Below, one piece after another: positions 19,559-29,832 of a stretch of DNA of 64,000 nucleotides. This DNA comes from a bacterium. Lineage in GTDB: Bacteria; UBA8248; JACPRG01; G963555815. The DNA lies in NCBI GenBank assembly GCA_965218795.1, contig OZ244653.1:384001-448000 (forward strand), in the 5' to 3' direction. A model generated the notes under the pieces. It made no database searches, had not been told where the DNA came from, and saw only the letters and a program-made list of their open reading frames with translations. The translations under genes and the position numbers were made by a program. Every line of letters starts with the position of its first letter. Position 1 is the stretch's first letter.

Positions 19559-20206
19559 ATGCGTTTCCCCCTGGCCAGGGATGGTTTTCCCTATGTGGGG
19601 ATTGGGGTGGTGCTGGTGGTGGGAGCCGGCTTCCTGGGCTGGTCGGCCGCGGCGGGATTGATAGGGCTGCTGACCCTTTTCATTGGGTATTTTTTTCGCG
19701 ATCCGGAGCGGCTCGTACCGGCGGACCCGCGTGCGGTCGTCGCGCCCGCGGACGGAAAGGTCGACTTGGTGCGATCGGACGATTCCGGCACGACGCACAT
19801 CAGCATTTTCCTTTCCGTATTTGATGTCCACATCAATCGATCGCCTGTTACGGGGAAGGTTGTGGGGTCCGAGTACCGGCAGGGGAAGTTCCATATGGCG
19901 AACTGGCCGGAGAAATCGGCGGATAACGAGCGGAATACCCTGCGCATTCTTTCAGAGGTGGAACCCGGGGTCGAAGGCCCGGAGGTTGTCGTAAGTCAGA
20001 TTGCGGGCGCGATCGCCCGTCGGATTATTTGTTGGACAAAGCCCGGCGAAGTCCTCCGCGCGGGGGAGCGTTTTGGCCTGATCAAGTTCGGCTCCCGGGT
20101 GGATCTCATACTTCCGCCGCCCGCCCGCGCGGTGGTCTCGAAAGGGGACCGGGTCCGGGGGGGGCTGGACATTGTCGCGCATTGGGAGGATGCCGATGAG
20201 TCGTAG
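19559..20206 (+). CDS. psd: phosphatidylserine decarboxylase (short type)
   Basis: FFRDPER, APADG, DVHINRSP, IKFGSRVD autocleavage motif. Confidence 0.93.
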   Translation: MRFPLARDGFPYVGIGVVLVVGAGFLGWSAAAGLIGLLTLFIGYFFRDPERLVPADPRAVVAPADGKVDLVRSDDSGTTHISIFLSVFDVHINRSPVTGKVVGSEYRQGKFHMANWPEKSADNERNTLRILSEVEPGVEGPEVVVSQIAGAIARRIICWTKPGEVLRAGERFGLIKFGSRVDLILPPPARAVVSKGDRVRGGLDIVAHWEDADES

Positions 20207-20984
20207 ACGACATCGAATGCGCCGAGGTCGAAACCGGATGCGCCGGGGGATTCTTCTGGTCCCGAGCCTGTTCACCACAGGTGGGATGGTTGCCGGGATT
20301 TATGCTCTTCTGGCGGCCGTGAACGGGTTCCATTACAAGGCGGGAGCGGCCATCATCATTGCAATGATACTGGACGGTCTTGACGGAAGGATCGCCCGGA
20401 TGACGAGCAGCAGTACCGCATTCGGCAAGGAATATGATTCGCTGTCTGACCTCATGGCGTTCGGAGTGGCGCCGGCCGCTTTGCTGTATACGTGGGTGCT
20501 CCGTCCCTATGGCCGAATCGGATGGGTCGGAGTGTTCTTGTTCGTGGTCTGCGGCGCATTGCGGCTGGCGCGGTTCAATACGCAGTCGGATTCGGACAGC
20601 CGAGACCGATTTACGGGGCTTCCCATCCCCGCGGCGGCCGGACTGGTTGCTTCCTCGGTGATGTTGGTCGAGGAGTTCTCGCTGTTCACCTCACCTCCCG
20701 CCTTGGGGACGGCCGTTCTGGCATACGTCCTGGCGTTTTTGATGGTCAGTAACGTGCCGTACCGCGATTTCAAGCAGGCCGTATGGAAGGGCCGTAAGCC
20801 GTTCAATCTGTTGGTGGGGTCTGTCTTGATCCTCGTGGTCGTGGCCACTTTTCCCCATATCACTCTTTTTCTAGGCCTTTCGGTCTATGTTCTTCTCGGC
20901 CCCATCGAAAGCTTTTTCCATTTATTTGTGAAAAAGCAGGAAGAAGAAGTGCCAGAACACGCCGGAAACCCCATGAAACCATAA
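20196..20984 (+). CDS. pssA: CDP-diacylglycerol--serine O-phosphatidyltransferase
   Basis: DGLDGRIAR...FGKEYDSLSD, RLARFN. Confidence 0.93.
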   Translation: MSRRRHRMRRGRNRMRRGILLVPSLFTTGGMVAGIYALLAAVNGFHYKAGAAIIIAMILDGLDGRIARMTSSSTAFGKEYDSLSDLMAFGVAPAALLYTWVLRPYGRIGWVGVFLFVVCGALRLARFNTQSDSDSRDRFTGLPIPAAAGLVASSVMLVEEFSLFTSPPALGTAVLAYVLAFLMVSNVPYRDFKQAVWKGRKPFNLLVGSVLILVVVATFPHITLFLGLSVYVLLGPIESFFHLFVKKQEEEVPEHAGNPMKP

Positions 20985-21063
20985 GTTGCATGTCAAATAC
21001 TTGTCATTTCCTTCACTATTCAGTACTATGTTATTGAAAGCTCTAACCTTACAGATTTAGCAT

Positions 21064-23403
21064 TTGATCGCAGGTGAAGGTCTTCGGAATCTCCGGGCAG
21101 TTCGGTTTCTGTCCGGGAAAGGCCGTGCACTGGTGAAAACGCTCGTTAGGGCGGTTGCAACGATTTGCACTTTCGCAATCTGCAGCCTCCCGACGTTGGG
21201 TCTGGGCCAATCAGGGCCTGAGCCCGTCTCTCCTCCTGCGCCCGAGTCGCCGGGCGGGAAAAACCCTGTCCCCGTCGATACACCCCTCATCCCTCTGTCT
21301 CCCTCGACGCCTCAAACCCCTTTGGGAGGGAAAGCGCCGAGAGGGATTCCCCCTCAAATTCGCCTTCCCGGTGAGGAAACGCGAATTCGCGCCGACTCTC
21401 TGACCGAAGACACTGCCAGGAAATTGGTGGTCGGGGAAGGCTTCGTCGACGTTCAGTATCTCGGAAACCGCCTGCAGGCCGACCGGGTTCAGATCAACTT
21501 TGAGTCGGGGCAGGGCGTCGCTGAGGGCAATGTGATTTTTCAGGACAAAGGTAACCGGATCGTTTGCGATCGGATCGAATTCAATGTGCGGCGGCAGCAG
21601 GCCATCCTCTATGGAGCCCGGGGAGAGCTGGGTCGTGAGTACAAGATTTCCGGTGAGCGTCTGGAGCGTCAGGATGTCAACCGCTACCGGGTTCAGGGAG
21701 GCTCTATCAGCACGTGTCAGGGGCCGGTTCCGGAATGGCAGTTCCGGTCCGGTTCGATGGATGTCACGTTGGAGGAGTTTGCGTTTATCCGTCATCCGAC
21801 ATTCTGGGTGTTGGGCTTTCCCATCGGCTACCTACCGTTTCTGATTGCGCCACTCAAGGCTAAACGCTCGACCGGGTTCCTGGTTCCTTCCATCGGGAAC
21901 AGCGAGCGGGACGGGTTCAGGTACAACCAGCAATTTTTCTGGGCCTTCTCGGATTACGCCGATGCTACGTTCGGAATAGAAATTCGGACCGAGCGTGGGT
22001 TGGTACCCAGCGCGGAGGTGCGATATCGACTGAGTTCGACGACATCCGGGCGGGCCGATTTTAAGTTTCTGGATGACAAGCTGACGAGGGAGACGTTTTG
22101 GAGAGTCCGGGCCGAACACCGGCAGGAGTTTGGTGAGAAATTTGAGGGCTTCTATACGGTTGAACGAGTGAACAACGGGAATTTCGATTCGGACTTTGAA
22201 GATGATCTGGGCATCCGGACCCGGCGGGACGTCGAATCCAAAGTCAACCTCCAGAAAAATTGGGATTCGGCATCTTTCCAGGTTTTTGCGCAATTCGTGG
22301 ATTCGGCAGAAGAGGTGAGGAAGGATTTTCTTCATCGTGCGCCCGATGTGAACTTCAAGTTGAGTCCCTCCGTGAGGAAGGTGGGGCCTGTGACAATCAG
22401 CCCGTCAATTCAGAGTTCCCTCGTCCGGTTCGACCGGCGGGACGGCACACAAGAGGATAATCAGTGGCGAATTGATATGGCTCCCAAGCTCTCCGTTCCA
22501 TTGTCAGATATTCAGTGGCTGACCTTCAGCCCATTCATGCAGGCGCGAGCCACATGGTATACGGATGGCCGGGAGCCTGCGGATAGAAGCATCAAGACGG
22601 ATTCATTCTTTCGAATGCTATGGTCAGGAGGCTTGGACGTGGAGGGCCCCAAACTCTTTCGCACATACCCCCTGAAATTCGAAAAATTCCCTGCCGCCAA
22701 GCATCTGACCCAGTTGAATATCAACCACTTCTATCGTCCTGATATCGATGCGGATGACCGGGCCAAGATCGTTCAGTTCGATGACACGGACCGCCTCGAA
22801 CCGCGGCACACGCTGTCCTACAATTGGGAGAATCGTCTTCTGGCCAAGGTTCCCATCGGCAGGGAGGGTTTCGAATCGCGTGAAGTGGTTTTGACGACCC
22901 TTTCACACTCGCTGGACATTCGGAAACTCGACGAAGGGGAGGAGCGGCCCCTAGGCGATGTGGCCCTGCGCATCGAATCGAAACCGTTTCGATTGTGGAA
23001 GATCGGCTTCAATACCGCGTACAACATTTACGATGAAGAGTTCTCCTCCTACTCCGTCAGCCTGGACATCCGGGAGGGCCGGGAATGGTTCGTGCAGCAC
23101 GAAACCCGTTTTGCCGACCGCAAGGAGGGAGAATTCGATAAGTTCACCAATGTATTCTCCGCCGGTTTGCGGATTTTGAAGGTATTCTTCATCGAGGGCG
23201 GGGCCCGATGGACAGGCGAGGACATGGGGCCTTCCGAGAAGAACATTATCTTCCGGTATCGGGGCTGCTGTTGGGGATTGACTCTCGAATACCTGGACCG
23301 GGAGGACGATACTTCCTTCCAGATCGGGTTCTCTCTGGTCGGATTGCTGGGAGGCGAGGGGGCCCCGACATTCAAATTCGGTCGCTCAGGCTCGGATGGA
23401 TAA
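21064..23403 (+). CDS. lptD: LPS assembly protein LptD (start uncertain)
   Basis: OstA-like N domain, STC..P.W motif, R.TGFL.P, beta-barrel ending CCWG. Confidence 0.85.
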   Translation: MIAGEGLRNLRAVRFLSGKGRALVKTLVRAVATICTFAICSLPTLGLGQSGPEPVSPPAPESPGGKNPVPVDTPLIPLSPSTPQTPLGGKAPRGIPPQIRLPGEETRIRADSLTEDTARKLVVGEGFVDVQYLGNRLQADRVQINFESGQGVAEGNVIFQDKGNRIVCDRIEFNVRRQQAILYGARGELGREYKISGERLERQDVNRYRVQGGSISTCQGPVPEWQFRSGSMDVTLEEFAFIRHPTFWVLGFPIGYLPFLIAPLKAKRSTGFLVPSIGNSERDGFRYNQQFFWAFSDYADATFGIEIRTERGLVPSAEVRYRLSSTTSGRADFKFLDDKLTRETFWRVRAEHRQEFGEKFEGFYTVERVNNGNFDSDFEDDLGIRTRRDVESKVNLQKNWDSASFQVFAQFVDSAEEVRKDFLHRAPDVNFKLSPSVRKVGPVTISPSIQSSLVRFDRRDGTQEDNQWRIDMAPKLSVPLSDIQWLTFSPFMQARATWYTDGREPADRSIKTDSFFRMLWSGGLDVEGPKLFRTYPLKFEKFPAAKHLTQLNINHFYRPDIDADDRAKIVQFDDTDRLEPRHTLSYNWENRLLAKVPIGREGFESREVVLTTLSHSLDIRKLDEGEERPLGDVALRIESKPFRLWKIGFNTAYNIYDEEFSSYSVSLDIREGREWFVQHETRFADRKEGEFDKFTNVFSAGLRILKVFFIEGGARWTGEDMGPSEKNIIFRYRGCCWGLTLEYLDREDDTSFQIGFSLVGLLGGEGAPTFKFGRSGSDG

Positions 23404-23618
23404 ATCCAATCCCTCCCCTCCCTTTGCCTTTCTTGACTTTTCAGGGAGGGCCGCCGTATCGTGGCGGCACTTGGGGAGAGCGGGGCGCCCGATCCGGTGA
23501 TCGGCCTTGTGATCCGGAGATGCAAATCCGTTCAGCCTGAGCCGGAAGTGAAAGTGAACGAAGGAATTCGATTCCCTGCCTTGACGTATCCGGTTTCCAC
23601 CCGCCTGGAATTGGCTCA

Positions 23619-24683
23619 GTGAAGGGACTCATACTCAGCGGCGGCCGAGGCACCCGGCTTCGACCCATTACCTACACGAACGCCAAACAACTCATCCCCG
23701 TTGCAAATCAGCCTGTTCTATTTTACGGGATTGAAGCCATCCGGGATGCGGGAATCCGGGAAATCGGGATCATCGTCGGAGACACTCATGCGGATATCGA
23801 AGCCGCGGTGGGCGACGGTTCCCGTTGGGATGTGGAGGTGACCTACATCCATCAGGAGGAACCGCTGGGTCTCGCCCATGCCATCCTGACGGCCGAGCCG
23901 TATCTCGGGGGTTCGCCTTTCGTCATGTACCTCGGGGACAATCTCATCATGGGCGGTATTCGCGAGCTGGTCGACGAGTTCAGAGGAAATTCGCCCAACG
24001 CGATGGTTTTGCTCTGTCCCGTGCCGAATCCCAGTCAGTTCGGAGTGGCCGAATTAGAAAAGGATCGGGTCGTCCGCTTGGAGGAAAAGCCTGCGGAGCC
24101 GAAGAGCAATCTGGCGTTGGTGGGTGTGTACATGTTCGACCAGCAAGTGTTCGGTGCGGCGCGGTCCATCGAATACTCGGACCGAGGGGAGCTTGAAATC
24201 ACCGATGCCATTCAACGTCTGATCGACAACGGGTGTGTCGTCCATTCACACGTCGTCCGCGGCTGGTGGAAGGACACGGGGAAGTTGGAGGATTTGCTCC
24301 AGGCCAATCGTCTGATCCTGGATGGATTGGAAGACCGGCGCGATGGCGTTCTGGATGAATCCTCACGGATTGAATTTCGCGTGGTCCTGGAAGAGGGAAG
24401 CCACATCGTGAACAGCACGATCCGCGGTCCGGCGGTGATCGGCAGGGGAGCGGAAATCCGGGATGCCTTCGTGGGGCCCTTCACGGCCGTGGGGGACAGG
24501 GTGTGCATCGTCGGCAGCGAAATCGAGAACAGCATCGTGCTCGAAGACAGCTCGGTCCTCAACATCCACCGGCGGATCAGCGACAGCCTCATTGGCCGGA
24601 ATACCGTGATTGAGAGCACCGATGCAAAGCCCGCAGCCTGCAGGTTCATGGTCGGCGATAACAGTCAGGTGAATATCCAATGA
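23619..24683 (+). CDS. rfbA: glucose-1-phosphate thymidylyltransferase (long form)
   Basis: GGRGTRLRPITYTNAKQLIPV, EEKP, RGELEITD, WWKDTG. Confidence 0.92.
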   Translation: MKGLILSGGRGTRLRPITYTNAKQLIPVANQPVLFYGIEAIRDAGIREIGIIVGDTHADIEAAVGDGSRWDVEVTYIHQEEPLGLAHAILTAEPYLGGSPFVMYLGDNLIMGGIRELVDEFRGNSPNAMVLLCPVPNPSQFGVAELEKDRVVRLEEKPAEPKSNLALVGVYMFDQQVFGAARSIEYSDRGELEITDAIQRLIDNGCVVHSHVVRGWWKDTGKLEDLLQANRLILDGLEDRRDGVLDESSRIEFRVVLEEGSHIVNSTIRGPAVIGRGAEIRDAFVGPFTAVGDRVCIVGSEIENSIVLEDSSVLNIHRRISDSLIGRNTVIESTDAKPAACRFMVGDNSQVNIQ

Positions 24684-25177
24684 GCCGGCCGGCGAGTCAG
24701 AACGGCCGGATTACGAAAGATCTGATTTCCGGCGTCCATACCAAGATACTCAAGCGCATCCCGGATGAGCGGGGTTGGCTCATGGAGATGCTTCGCGCAG
24801 ATGACCGGATATTCATGAAATTCGGCCAAGTCTATCTCACAGCAGTTTTCCCGGGTGTCGTCAAGGCTTGGCATCACCATAAGAGCCAAACGGATCATTT
24901 TGTCTGCGTTCAGGGAATGGCGAAGGTCGTTCTCTACGATGATCGCGCGGATTCAACGACGCATGGAGCGATCAACGAGTTTTTCATCGGGGAGATGAAC
25001 CCGATGCTTGTGCAGATCCCCCCCTTGGTCTATCACGGGTTCAAGGGGATTGGTCCCGAAACGGCGGTGGTCCTGAACGTGCCCACCGAAGTCTATCGGT
25101 ACGAGGAACCAGACGAGTACCGTCTGGAGCCCCACGGCGGGTCGATCCCTTACGATTGGAGCCGGAAGGACGGTTAG
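24680..25177 (+). CDS. rfbC: dTDP-4-dehydrorhamnose 3,5-epimerase family
   Basis: DERGWLME, KAWHHH, IPPLVYHGF. Confidence 0.88.
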   Translation: MSRPASQNGRITKDLISGVHTKILKRIPDERGWLMEMLRADDRIFMKFGQVYLTAVFPGVVKAWHHHKSQTDHFVCVQGMAKVVLYDDRADSTTHGAINEFFIGEMNPMLVQIPPLVYHGFKGIGPETAVVLNVPTEVYRYEEPDEYRLEPHGGSIPYDWSRKDG

Positions 25178-25184
25178 TCGGGGG

Positions 25185-26111
25185 ATGGATTCAGCGATCC
25201 AGGAAGAGGGTGCGCACCACCGAATGGTGCAGTCCAAGGCGTTACGAATTGTCGTCACGGGCGCGGAGGGGATCGTCGGATCGGCCCTTCGGGAGCGTCT
25301 GCCCCAGGAACCCGCGACGATCGAAGTCGTAGGCCTGACCCATGCTGACCTGGATGTCACGGACGCCCGGCGCGTCGAGGAGCGGCTGGTAGAGATTGCG
25401 CCGGACGCGGTCATTCACGCAGCCGCCTACACTAATGTGGACCAGTGCGAGGAGGAGCCCGACCGCGCCCGGGAGGTGAACGCCGAGGGAACCGCCCATA
25501 TCGCAAGGGTCTGTAAAGCGCTCGGGTGCAGCCTGATCTACCTGAGTACGGATTATGTGTTCGACGGCAAATCGGACCGGCCCTACCAGGAGGAGGACCC
25601 CGTTTCCCCCCTCGGCGTATACGGCGCGACGAAATGGGAGGGGGAAGTCGCCGTCCGGGAGCAAGGCCCGGAAGATTCTCTGATCGTTCGCACGGCGTGG
25701 ATCTATGGGCGGGGGGGCCGTCATTTCGTGGACGCGATTCTCGAAAAGGGAAACCTGGGCGAGCCCCTTCGGGTGGTGACGGATCAGCGGGGATCACCGA
25801 CGTACGCCGGGGATCTGGCCGACGCCCTGAAAGACTTGCTTGCGGCCCGGGTCCGGGGCACGGTTCACGTGGCGGGACAGGGGGATTGTACTTGGTATGA
25901 GTTCGCGAGGGAGATCCTGAAGGCTGCGGGGTTCGATCCGGGGCTTGTGGAGGAAACGACATCGACCACCCTCGGCCGAAGGGCGCCCCGGCCGTCCTAT
26001 TCGGTCCTGGACGACGCGGCCTTCCGCGCCCGGACCGGGCGGGCGATGCGCCCTTGGCCTGAAGCCCTGAGGGATTACCTTGCGCAGCGGGGGGTGTTGT
26101 TGGAAGCCTGA
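25185..26111 (+). CDS. rfbD: dTDP-4-dehydrorhamnose reductase
   Basis: AAYTNVD, STDYVFDG, YGATK, DQRGSPT. Confidence 0.93.
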   Translation: MDSAIQEEGAHHRMVQSKALRIVVTGAEGIVGSALRERLPQEPATIEVVGLTHADLDVTDARRVEERLVEIAPDAVIHAAAYTNVDQCEEEPDRAREVNAEGTAHIARVCKALGCSLIYLSTDYVFDGKSDRPYQEEDPVSPLGVYGATKWEGEVAVREQGPEDSLIVRTAWIYGRGGRHFVDAILEKGNLGEPLRVVTDQRGSPTYAGDLADALKDLLAARVRGTVHVAGQGDCTWYEFAREILKAAGFDPGLVEETTSTTLGRRAPRPSYSVLDDAAFRARTGRAMRPWPEALRDYLAQRGVLLEA

Positions 26112-26149
26112 TTTACATTCGCCTTTTTGCTGCTTTCGGAGATTTCATT

Positions 26150-27442
26150 ATGGAAATAGGGGTGATTGGTCTCGGTTACGTTGGGCTCGTGACAAGCGCC
26201 GTGTTTGCGGACCTGGGGAACGACCTGATCTGCGCCGACATCGATAAGGAGAGGGTGGACTGCCTGAATCGGGGTGAGGTCCCCATCTATGAGGTGGGAT
26301 TGGAAGAGATGATCCACCGTAATGTGGAAGGCGGCCGACTCTCCTTCACAACAGACACCCACGAACTCGTGCGAAATTCGGAGCTCATCTTCATTTGCGT
26401 AGGCACACCGCCGAATGATGACGGGGAAACGGATCTCTCTTGCGTGGAAAGCGCGGCCAGGGCCATTGCGCATGCCATTGATGATTACCGGGTCATCATT
26501 ACCAAGAGCACGGTTCCGGTTGGCACGGGGGCTTTCGTGTCGGACATCATCGAGCGATACAAGCGGAAGTCCGTGCTGTTTGACGTTGTATCCAATCCGG
26601 AATTTTTACGGGAAGGTTCCGCGATCCAGGACACCCTCGCTCCCGACCGAATTGTCATCGGCGCGCCCAATAAGACGGTGGCCATGCGGCTGCTGGAGCT
26701 CTATTCGCCCCTGGAGCGCCCTATGCTCATCACGGACGTGCCGAGCGCGGAGATCATCAAATACGCCAGCAACGCGTTTCTCGCGATGAAGATATCGTTC
26801 ATCAACGGGGTGGCAAATGTTTGTGAGCGAGCAGGGGCCAACGTGGACGATGTCGCCAAGGGCATGGGGTATGACGCCCGCATCGGCCGGTCGTTTCTGT
26901 ACCCCGGGCTTGGGTTCGGCGGGTCCTGTTTCCCCAAGGATGTCGAATCGTTTGTCCACAAGGCGGATGACCTGGGGTACGATTTCCGTCTGCTGAAGGA
27001 GGTCCTCGATATCAATCGCGAGCGGGCTCCCCATTTATTGAAAATCATCCGCAAGAGCATGGGCGGCCTGAAGGACAGGGTGTTCGGCGTGCTGGGTCTC
27101 GCGTTCAAGGACAATACGGATGACATGCGGGAGGCGAAATCGCTGGAAGTCATTCGGGTCCTCCAGAAGGAGGGGGCACGGGTCAAAGCGTATGATCCGG
27201 TCGCGATCGAAAACGCAAAGAAAATCCTCAATGGAGTCGAATTCTCTCCAACGGCCTACGCGGCGGCGGAAGGGGCGGATGCCTTGGTCGTGGTGACCGA
27301 ATGGCGGGAGTTTCGTCAACTGAATCTGGTTCGGATCAAGGAGATGATGTCGAAACCGATCATCTTCGACGGACGCAACATCTACGATGCGGACCGCATG
27401 AGAAGATTGGGATTCCAATATCACTGCATGGGAAAGCCCTGA
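26150..27442 (+). CDS. ugd: UDP-glucose 6-dehydrogenase
   Basis: [25 protein letters not shown]. Confidence 0.93.
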   Translation: MEIGVIGLGYVGLVTSAVFADLGNDLICADIDKERVDCLNRGEVPIYEVGLEEMIHRNVEGGRLSFTTDTHELVRNSELIFICVGTPPNDDGETDLSCVESAARAIAHAIDDYRVIITKSTVPVGTGAFVSDIIERYKRKSVLFDVVSNPEFLREGSAIQDTLAPDRIVIGAPNKTVAMRLLELYSPLERPMLITDVPSAEIIKYASNAFLAMKISFINGVANVCERAGANVDDVAKGMGYDARIGRSFLYPGLGFGGSCFPKDVESFVHKADDLGYDFRLLKEVLDINRERAPHLLKIIRKSMGGLKDRVFGVLGLAFKDNTDDMREAKSLEVIRVLQKEGARVKAYDPVAIENAKKILNGVEFSPTAYAAAEGADALVVVTEWREFRQLNLVRIKEMMSKPIIFDGRNIYDADRMRRLGFQYHCMGKP

Positions 27443-28383
27443 TGACGACGCCGAGAAGTCTTGTGACGGGAGGGGCGGGATTCCTTGGGTCGCACCTGTG
27501 CGAGCGTCTCCTGACTGAAGGCCACGAAGTGGTTTGCATGGATAATCTTCTAACCGGCGATGCGGAGAATGTTTCACACCTCTTGAGCGATCAATTTCAG
27601 TTGATCGAGTACAACGTGACCCGTTTTCTGACTGTGCCGGGACAGCTGGATTTCATTTTCCATTTCGCCTCTCCAGCGAGTCCGATTGACTATTTGGAGT
27701 ATCCGATTCAAACGCTCAAAGTCGGGGCGTTGGGAACGCTGAGCGCCCTGGGGCTGGCCAAGGCCAAAGACGCCACCCTCTTGTTGGCTTCCACCTCGGA
27801 GGTGTATGGCGACCCGCTGGTACATCCTCAAAATGAGGACTACTGGGGGAATGTGAATCCCATCGGTCCCCGCGGGGTATACGACGAAGCCAAGCGTTAC
27901 GCCGAGGCACTCGTCATGGCCTACCACCGGTTTCATTCGCTGAAAACACGAATTGTACGGATCTTCAATACCTACGGCCCGCGCATGCGCATTCGAGACG
28001 GCCGGGCCGTCCCGACCTTCCTCGCCCAGGCTCTCCGAGATGAACCCTTAACGGTCTTCGGTGACGGTTTACAGACACGGAGTTTCTGCCATGTCTCCGA
28101 TCTGATTGAAGGTATCATCCGTCTTTCGAGATCAGATTTTACTGGACCCGTCAACATCGGAAATCCAAACGAAATTACCGTTCTCGAATTGGCGCAGACC
28201 ATCATCGAGCAGACCGGAAGCCGAAGCGTCATTGATTTCAGACCGCTTCCGGTCGACGACCCGAAGGTGCGGCAGCCGGACATCTCCCTGGCCAAAGAAA
28301 TTCTTGATTGGGAGCCCTCGGTCGCCCTCCGGGAGGGGTTGAAAGACACGTTGAAATACTTCCGGCAGAAATTGGCCGCCTGA
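27442..28383 (+). CDS. UDP-glucuronic acid decarboxylase (SDR family)
   Basis: [32 protein letters not shown]. Confidence 0.9.
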   Translation: MTTPRSLVTGGAGFLGSHLCERLLTEGHEVVCMDNLLTGDAENVSHLLSDQFQLIEYNVTRFLTVPGQLDFIFHFASPASPIDYLEYPIQTLKVGALGTLSALGLAKAKDATLLLASTSEVYGDPLVHPQNEDYWGNVNPIGPRGVYDEAKRYAEALVMAYHRFHSLKTRIVRIFNTYGPRMRIRDGRAVPTFLAQALRDEPLTVFGDGLQTRSFCHVSDLIEGIIRLSRSDFTGPVNIGNPNEITVLELAQTIIEQTGSRSVIDFRPLPVDDPKVRQPDISLAKEILDWEPSVALREGLKDTLKYFRQKLAA

Positions 28384-28416
28384 CGCCGAGGCGTCGCGTT
28401 CAAGGGAAGGGTACCG

Positions 28417-29142
28417 GTGACCCCCTCCGATTCTTCCAAGTCCTATCCCGCTTCCATTCGGGAGTGGCCCGAAGCCGAACGTCCCAGAGAGCGGCTCTTG
28501 GCCGGAGGACCCGGCCGACTCGGCGACGCTGAGTTGTTGGCCATCATTCTCAGAACCGGCGGCGGTCCCGACCCATCGGGGACCTTCGGAGGAAGCGCCC
28601 TGGATCTGGCCCGTTCCCTACTCTCCAGGTTCGGAAGCCTGAGGGGGATTGAGAGTGCGGGGGTCAACGATTTGAGCTCCGTCCGGGGGATGGGTCCGGC
28701 CAAGGTGGCCCAATTGAAAGCCGCCCTGGAACTGGGTCGCAGGTTTTTCGCCGAGCGGGATGAAGGGTTTGCGTTTGGTTCCTCCGAAGAGGTCGCGGCG
28801 TATTTCTCCCCCCGTTTGCAGGCACGGCAGCAAGAGTTCTTTCAGGTAGCGCTATTGAACACCAAAAATCTGCTCTTGAAGGTCGAGACGATCTCCCGGG
28901 GATCTCTGAATGAAAGCGTCGTCCATCCCCGCGAGGCCTTCTCCCCAGCCGTCAAGGAATCGGCGGCGTCGGTCATCTTCGCTCACAATCATCCGAGTGG
29001 AGACCCCTCCCCGAGTGAGGCGGACCGGCGTTTGACCCGGCGGCTCCGGGAGACCGGAGATATTTTAGGGATTCGCGTATTGGACCACGTCATTATCGGA
29101 GAGAAGGCTTACTATAGCTTTGCTGACGAAGGTGTCCTCTGA
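28417..29142 (+). CDS. radC: RadC/JAB domain protein
   Basis: ERPRERL, HPRE, HNHPSGDPSPSEAD, LDHVII. Confidence 0.95.
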   Translation: MTPSDSSKSYPASIREWPEAERPRERLLAGGPGRLGDAELLAIILRTGGGPDPSGTFGGSALDLARSLLSRFGSLRGIESAGVNDLSSVRGMGPAKVAQLKAALELGRRFFAERDEGFAFGSSEEVAAYFSPRLQARQQEFFQVALLNTKNLLLKVETISRGSLNESVVHPREAFSPAVKESAASVIFAHNHPSGDPSPSEADRRLTRRLRETGDILGIRVLDHVIIGEKAYYSFADEGVL

Positions 29143-29219
29143 CTTTCCCGCGGCTTTTTGGGGAACGGATGCCTGCCGCAGGCTGTCGGGGCGAAAGCGG
29201 CACGGAGGATTGGGATTCA

Positions 29220-29831
29220 ATGACGAACGAAGCGTTCCCGGGGGCTCCGGACGTGTGGATGAAGGCGTTGGCGCACCGCCTTGAACTGTATGAGGCCCTG
29301 AAGGCGGACGAGGTCGGAAAACGCTTCAGCGAATTGGCGGACCGGGTCGTGCAAGCGTTCGAGAACGGCGGCAAGATTCTCTTGTTCGGAAACGGAGGGA
29401 GCGCCACCGATGCCCAGCATGCGGCGGCCGAATGGGTGGGCCGTTTCATGATGGAACGCCGGCCCCTGCCGGCAGTAGCGCTGACGGCCGACTCTTCGAT
29501 TCTGACGGCAATCGGAAATGATTATGGGTTCGATCAGGTCTTCGAGCGTCAGGTCGAGGCCTTGGGCGTGGCAGGTGACGTCGCGGTCGCGATCAGCACG
29601 ACGGGCCGATCGGAAAATGTCCTCCGCGCCCTTCGAGCCGCGAAAGGCCTCGGCATCGCAACGATTGCATTGCTTGGCGGCGATGGAGGGAAGGCGAAAG
29701 ATGAAGCGGACCTTTGTCTGGTCGTTTCCCGCGTTGAGATTCCGCTGATTCAGGAGGCTCACAGATTCATCCTCCACCTGTTGTGCGAGGATGTGGACCG
29801 CCGCCTCGACAGAAAGGAAAGCAGTCTCTGA
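29220..29831 (+). CDS. gmhA: D-sedoheptulose 7-phosphate isomerase
   Basis: GNGGSATDAQH, NDYGFDQVF, IQEAH. Confidence 0.92.
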   Translation: MTNEAFPGAPDVWMKALAHRLELYEALKADEVGKRFSELADRVVQAFENGGKILLFGNGGSATDAQHAAAEWVGRFMMERRPLPAVALTADSSILTAIGNDYGFDQVFERQVEALGVAGDVAVAISTTGRSENVLRALRAAKGLGIATIALLGGDGGKAKDEADLCLVVSRVEIPLIQEAHRFILHLLCEDVDRRLDRKESSL

Positions 29832-29832
29832 T

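Noticed and set aside
28417-29142. radC as marker of a mobile element
   Set aside because: Full-length chromosomal type within housekeeping genes; no mobility genes nearby.
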